Source: Phoronis australis (lineage: Eukaryota; Animalia; Phoronida). From it: DNA of 64,000 bases. The stretch lies in NCBI GenBank assembly GCA_002633005.1, contig NMRA01000089.1, forward strand, positions 248,001-312,000. The letters are read 5' to 3'. Below are positions 57,982 through 64,000 of the stretch, piece by piece. The notes beneath the pieces are model-generated. The model did not search any database, was not told the origin of the DNA, and worked only from the letters and a program-made list of their open reading frames with translations. How positions within the stretch are numbered: the stretch's first letter is position 1; the number at the start of each line of letters is the position of its first letter. Made by a program: the position numbers and the translations under genes.

Positions 57982-60900
57982 TTAACAGGGGGGTCTACCC
58001 TCGCGAGGGAACTCGGGAAATCAACTCTATATTTAGCATGGTTAGTATCCAAGTAAGGAGTTTTACATTCAAGTTTAGACGGGTAGGAAGCATGTCAGTC
58101 TTGAAAATGCAGACGACTCGATTAGCTGTACAACTTTATCAAGGAGCCGTTTGCGACTGCAGCTGACGCGCGTGTGAAAGTAATGGCGATGTACATGGCG
58201 ATGTACGGTTCTTTTGTCAGTTATTGACGTTATAGAAACCTAGCGAACTTCGACCTCCCCCAACTGAGGTTGCGGCGCGCATGCGTAAGATTTGTTTGCA
58301 TTCGTTTGTTTTAGACATGGAATATAAGGCTTAGGGAGGAATAATTGTTTTGTAGAAACCAAATAAGTTTTAGAACTATTATAACATAAAACTTCTTTGG
58401 AAGAAATTTCGTCTACATTTTTTGAAAACTATGGGATCTAATCATGACGGCTCTAAATATCGTGAAATGAAATATCTACTGCTGGCACATGCGGAACTTA
58501 ACTGCATTCCCTTGGCATCCAATGAATCCAAGAAGTGGGATCACATCAACACACACCATGCACAGAATAAGTGACTTTACATCAAAATATCGTACAGAAA
58601 AGACTTCTTGTCTTTCGTATTTTCTGATTTATTTCAGCGTAACTTGCACACTATGAAACAAATTTAAATTACAAAATGCGCATTTTACATAGCATAAAAA
58701 ACAGACAGACACGATCTTGTTCAAAATACAGTTGCACAGTCAGCTTAAGAAGTCAAACCAGATTGTCTGCAACTCCCATCACCCATGGCACTGACTCAAT
58801 AAAATCCATCGAATTGGCACACAGACAGACAATCTCACATCTAAAAATTAAGTATACATTTCACAAACATATTTCTATTGTAGGACCTTCATACCCTTAA
58901 GTGCTGTCTCCTGGTCACCCTGAAATCAACACCTTAACAACAGCATGCTGACAGGAGTGCACACCTCGGTACACCTGGCTCATAAACACTGGACATTAAT
59001 AGCTGTAGGTTGGCAGAGGTGTTGTGATTGTACACTAGAAAATTCATGAACATAATTCATGTGATATTCATCTGATCAGTCTTTAACGCCTGTAAAGTTA
59101 ATATGTGCAAACACACAAGTAACATTGGGTCAGGAAGTTGATAGTAATTCTAGTCAAAATATATAACCATGCCCCCTAGAGGGATCTCTCCAAAACACAT
59201 CCCAAAAACTCCAGAAACAACAGCTCCCCCTACAGCCCAAGCCCTGCTATGGTGTAAGGATGGCCCTTATAACAAATCAACAATGACCTAACTCTAAAAA
59301 TACTCCCTGGTAACAAATTGAGATACCTTGCCAACAGATGGCGCATTGACACAAGCTACTCCCAGCAGCTGTCTAACTGTAAGCAAATGTAAATGTTAGC
59401 AATAGGTAGTCTGTTTCTATACTACTGATTACAAATACAGTAACAGTATGGAATGTGGAATTTAAAACACACTAATAACAACTGCATATCCTGTCATACC
59501 ACCCAAGACAAGTTTAACAGGACGTCACACAAGACCCATCTTGTACATGATCATCTAATTATCAAATATCTAATCAATTTGAAAACAAAATATATCTAAA
59601 GAAGTGCAATAAGAGGATAACTTTATCCCTGATGTGATTATACTACTAAACAATATTTGCTGAAAGTTATTCACAGAAGCANGGCTGACCGGATTCATGT
59701 GACACTATGGTACAAAAAGGCGTACTGTTCCCACAAACGCTGTCAGGGATAGTTTTTGATATGTTCTATTCTTGCAATAGGGGCTATCAGGAGAGACTTC
59801 TATGATTTTTATGAAAAATCTTTAAGTTGCATAAAACGAAAGCGAATTATTTTTGAAAACTGCGACAGCCTTTTTGATATCTCACCTTGATCATTTACAT
59901 CAAATTAAACTTGATCACGTCATTGATACCGTTGTTTTGCGATCAATTTACTTTTCTCATTTCTTAATTTTACTAAAGACATGGTCACGTTAATTTTACT
60001 AAAGACATGGTCACGTTACGTGACCAAATCGAAAACACAGGTAAAAATAAAAAAATCAAATTCTGTAAGCTTTCTACTCTCAGAGAGTAGACTCAGAGTT
60101 ATAATCTGTAGTCTTCTACATATCTTGGTAAATGCACAATCATGTCTACAAGGTCCTACATAGGAGGGAACTCGGGAAATCAACTCTATATTTAGCATGG
60201 TTAGTATCCAAGTAAGGAGTTTTACGGGTAGGAAGTATGTCAGTCTTGAAAATGCAGACGACTCGATTAGCTGGACAACTTTATCAAGGTGCCGTTTGCA
60301 ACTGCAGCTGACTCGCGTGTAAAAGTAATGGCGATGTACATGGCGATGTACATGGCGATGTACATGGCGATGTACGGTTCTTTGGTCAGTTATTGGCGTC
60401 ATAGAAATCTAGCAAACTTGGACCTCCCCCAACTCAAGGTTGAGGCGCGCATGCGTAAGATTTGTTTGCATTCGTTTGTTTTTGCCATGGAATATAAGGC
60501 TTAGGGAGGAATAATTGTTTTGTAGAAACGAAATAAGTTTAGAACTATTATAACAGAAAACTTCTTTGGAAGAAATTTCGTCTACATTTTTTAAAAACTA
60601 TGGGATCTAATCATGATGGCTCTAAATATTGTGAAATGAAATATCTCCTGCTGGCACATGCGGAACTACATTCCCTTGGCATCCAATGAATCCAAGAAGT
60701 GGGATCACATCAACACACACCATGCACAGAATAAGTGACTTTACATCAAAAAAATCGTACAGAAAAGACCTCTTGTCTTTCGTATTTTCTGATTTATTTC
60801 AGCGTAACTTGCACACTATGAAACAAATTTAAATTACAAAATGCGCATTTCACATAGCATAAAAAACAGACAGACACGATCTTGTTCAAAATACAGTTGC

Positions 60901-61847
60901 ACGGTCAGCTTAAGAAGTCAAACCAGATTGTCTGCAACTCCCATCACCCATGGCACTGACTCAATAAAATCCATCGAATTGGCACACAGACAGACAATCT
61001 CACATCTAAAAATTAAGTATACATTTCACAAACATATTTCTATTGTAGGACCTTCATACCCTTAAGTGCTGTCTCCTGGTCACCCTGAAATCAACACCTT
61101 AACAACAGCATGCTGACAGGAGTGCACACCTCGGTACACCTGGCTCATAAACACTGGACATCGATAGCTGTAGGTTGGCAGATGTGTTGTGATTGTACAC
61201 TAGAAAATTCATGAACATAATTCATGTGATATTCATCTGATCAGTCTTTAACGCCTGTAACGTTAATATGTGCAAACACACAAGTAACACTGGGTCAGGA
61301 AATTGATAGTAGTTCTAGTCAAAATATATAACCATGCCCCCTAGAGGGATCTCTCCAAAACACATCCCAAAAACTCCCAGAAACAACAGCTCCCCCTACA
61401 GCCCAAGCCCTGCTATGGTGTAAGGATGGCCGTTATAACAAATCAACAATGACCTAACTCTAAAAATACTCCCTGGTAACAAATTGAGATACCTTGCCAA
61501 CAGATGGCGCTTTGACACAAGCTACTCCCAGCAGCTGTCTAACTGTAAGCAAATGTAAATGTTAGCAATGGGTAGTCTGTTTCTATACTACTGATTACAA
61601 ATACAGTAACAGTATGGAATGTGGAATTTAAAACACACTAATAACAACTGCATATCCTGTCATACCACCCAAGACAAGTTTAACAGGACGTCACACAAGA
61701 CCCATCTTGTACATGATCATCTAATTATCAAATATCTAATCAATTTGAAAACAAAATATATCTAAAGAAGTGCAATAAGAGGATAACTTTATCCCTGATG
61801 TGATTATACTACTAAACAATATTTGCTGAAAGTTATTCACAGAAGCA
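57522..61847. other. Apparent 2.16-kb tandem duplication across an assembly gap (probable allelic overlap)
   Basis: 57522-59681 and 59683-61847 are nearly identical, with scattered SNPs and indels, and join exactly at the only N in the window (59682). Confidence 0.85.
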
Positions 61848-62094
61848 ACTGATCCGTGTAGCCTGAGAGCTCACAAGCCCAAATGAGTTCATTTTGCTAA
61901 AATAAACTCGACACGTTACGGATGTTGTCTTCTAAAAATGAAAACTAAAAGTAGTAAATGCATTATATCACTAATCTGCAGTTCACTGAGCATATGACCA
62001 TTATTTTAAACAGAAAAGAAGCAAAATACATGTCAAAAAACTTGGCCTAAAACACGTCATCAAAGCTTACAGCTACCAAGTAATTGTGATAGTT

Positions 62095-64000
62095 TTAAAC
62101 ACAGCCGTACTCAAACCACGTGGAGTTTTCTCCCTCCTTCTTTTGCTGGCTACCGTTACCTTGAATGGTGTTATCTTGGTCATTAGAAGTGCTCTGAGGA
62201 CGATTCAAACTGGTCATACTTTTCGTTGCACCATCTTTTCGAAGCAAAGACGATGCGTCTTTGCGACGCGGGGGCACCATAGGCGCTTGGTTATTCAACA
62301 TTGTAGTACTGTCACTGTTCGACTGAAAACTCTGAACTAACTGGCTCACCGATGCTGTCCTGGGCGTATCCGTCTCATCCACGCTTGGCTTTGTTGAGCG
62401 TGGTGGTGTGAACTCACGAGGGCTGGGTTTATTCCTACGCGGTACAGTCTGACTGTCATAAGGTGATTCGCTGACCGAGCCAGTCCTTGGAGCTCTGGCT
62501 AACATCACTACAGCGTCACCCGCACCTCGTGATGAACGTGCCTCAATGGGGGGAGGCGTGGCCACGCGAGTGGCAAAGGGTTCCCCACTGCCAGCCTTCT
62601 GGCGATCGGCGAAACTGCGAATGGTGAAAGTTCCCTGGGGTGTGTGAGGCTTAGGTGTCGATGTCTTGGCTATACTACTGCCGCTGCCTTTGGGAGAATT
62701 GTATTCAACATCAGGGTTATAATTGTTCAAAGCATTGGTAGATTTCGGCAGGTCGCTCAATCTGCCTGGGCCAATACGAGCTGTAGGATCGTATACAGAC
62801 AGGGGCCGCCTTCCAACTTCGACACTGGAATGCTTTGCATCAGCCTGAAAAGAAAACATACAGGTTCAACATAATAAAGTTTGTACCAAATGTACCATGT
62901 AGTTATTTATAACACCTGTCAAAAATAATCAAACTAAAATACATCTTTCCAACTACTCTAACAGGGAATTAGATTTGCATAAAGCCATCATGACTGAGTA
63001 TTCTACTAATGGTAAGTCGTCACCATAGAAATTTTGGTTCATTTTGTCCAATCGTCTTAAGACATGAGTTGCATGAGAACAGCGATTCATTTGCATAAAA
63101 TATATTGAATTAACAAAAACAAGTTTTATTGATCAAAACATCTATCACCATGACGGTGAATTCTTGAAAATAAACAAAGCTAAACAGAGTTGTTTTAATT
63201 TTCTTCAAGTTCTGATGGTGCTCCAGCACAATGGCGACCATAGTTGAATGGCCTTGACCTTCACGTTTTATGAACAAATGCAACCATGCACACAGGGATG
63301 TAATTAACAATAAGTTCCTATTTTGGAGATATTTCTGGGGGGCTCCATTATTAATTGGACAGGTGAAAATTGAGGAATGAGTGTAACAAATCAATATAGG
63401 AATCATGCCAGAGACAATACATCGTAATTTTACAGGTGTGCCAAAGAACTCTATAAAGGAAATTGCACCAATTCTAAGACATCACAGGTATCTTTTATAC
63501 ATTCAGAGAACCTCACAGTTGTTTAGTCAGAGGGCAGGACACAAGCCACACCCTTCTTATGAATTATTTACAGTACTCTGTTTGTACAAAGTAACTGGAC
63601 AGCTTTCCGTAGACCAATTTTTCCAAACCAAAAAAATCTCGCAAATCGATCGAGACAAAAGAAAGTTTTTTGTGAGCATGTTCAGGAGGTTACTAGCCTA
63701 TCCTAACAAAATGGCAGCCACTGGCGTGATTTGTCAGTGAGGTTGGAGTGTTGAATTGTGGGACTGAATTCTCAAATTTTTCACCATAAGTGCAAGCTAA
63801 CATCTTACGTCTGGTCAACATTATGATGTCGAAAGTCCAACGACAACGTGACCAGAGTTCAGTGTAGACGTCTATTTATGATCTACTTACAGGCACGGGT
63901 GGTGTTTTATTGTTTTCTCTCAAGAATTGTTCAAGTGATATCTCCTCACTGCCTGGTGAAGGCTGGTTTGTATGACGTGGGGAGCTCTTGGGTGTATGCT
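62095..64000 (-). CDS. CCDC88C: CCDC88 family (Girdin/Daple) scaffold, last two coding exons; the gene continues beyond the window
   Basis: Exon >64000-63891 encodes ...QPSPGSEEISLEQFLRENNKTPPVP (GBA motif). It splices in phase 0 to exon 62844-62095, which ends ENSTWFEYGCV*, matching the Daple C-terminal WYEYGCV PDZ-binding motif. It is probably the single pro-orthologue of CCDC88A/B/C. Confidence 0.9.

Noticed and set aside
60016-60504. ORFs with MAMY or HRHV repeats
   Set aside because: These are translations of a 12-bp VNTR.
57522-61847. Genuine segmental duplication with duplicated ORFs (58676-58900 and 60841-61065)
   Set aside because: The junction falls exactly on the N gap. The ORFs lie in a non-autonomous element and show no protein motifs.

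Overview
AT-rich eukaryotic (animal) genomic DNA with GT-AG introns; probably an invertebrate bilaterian (inference from gene and repeat content). I reconstructed five spliced genes by hand, and exon phases are consistent throughout. (1) 3050-15660 (+): a ~485-aa protein with an N-terminal hydrophobic anchor, a Cys/His finger, ~10-11 LRRs and an LRRC58/LRRC69-like BC-box/Cul-box/Cys tail. (2) JKAMP, 19863-23912 (-). (3) PrdX/ProX-type deacylase PRORSD1, 27488-28639 (+). (4) MSK/RPS6KA5, 32061-52917 (-), 14 coding exons, ~877 aa. (5) The 3' end of a CCDC88 (Girdin/Daple) gene, 62095-64000 (-), with a GBA motif and a WFEYGCV PDZ-binding tail. Introns and intergenic DNA carry many non-autonomous transposons: a deleted Kolobok-type element with THAP and P2X7-ballast-like relics, Harbinger-, pogo-, hAT-like and foldback MITEs, and SINE fragments. 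A Helentron-like element family has ~145-bp internal tandem units that each carry a CTCF-consensus motif. A 2.16-kb 'tandem duplication' joined exactly at a single N (59682) is most likely two alleles overlapped by the assembly. The most notable observations are the CTCF-motif arrays, the apparently ancient PRORSD1-MSK-CCDC88 microsynteny, and the architecture of the LRR protein. No database searches were run; family assignments rest on recognised motifs.
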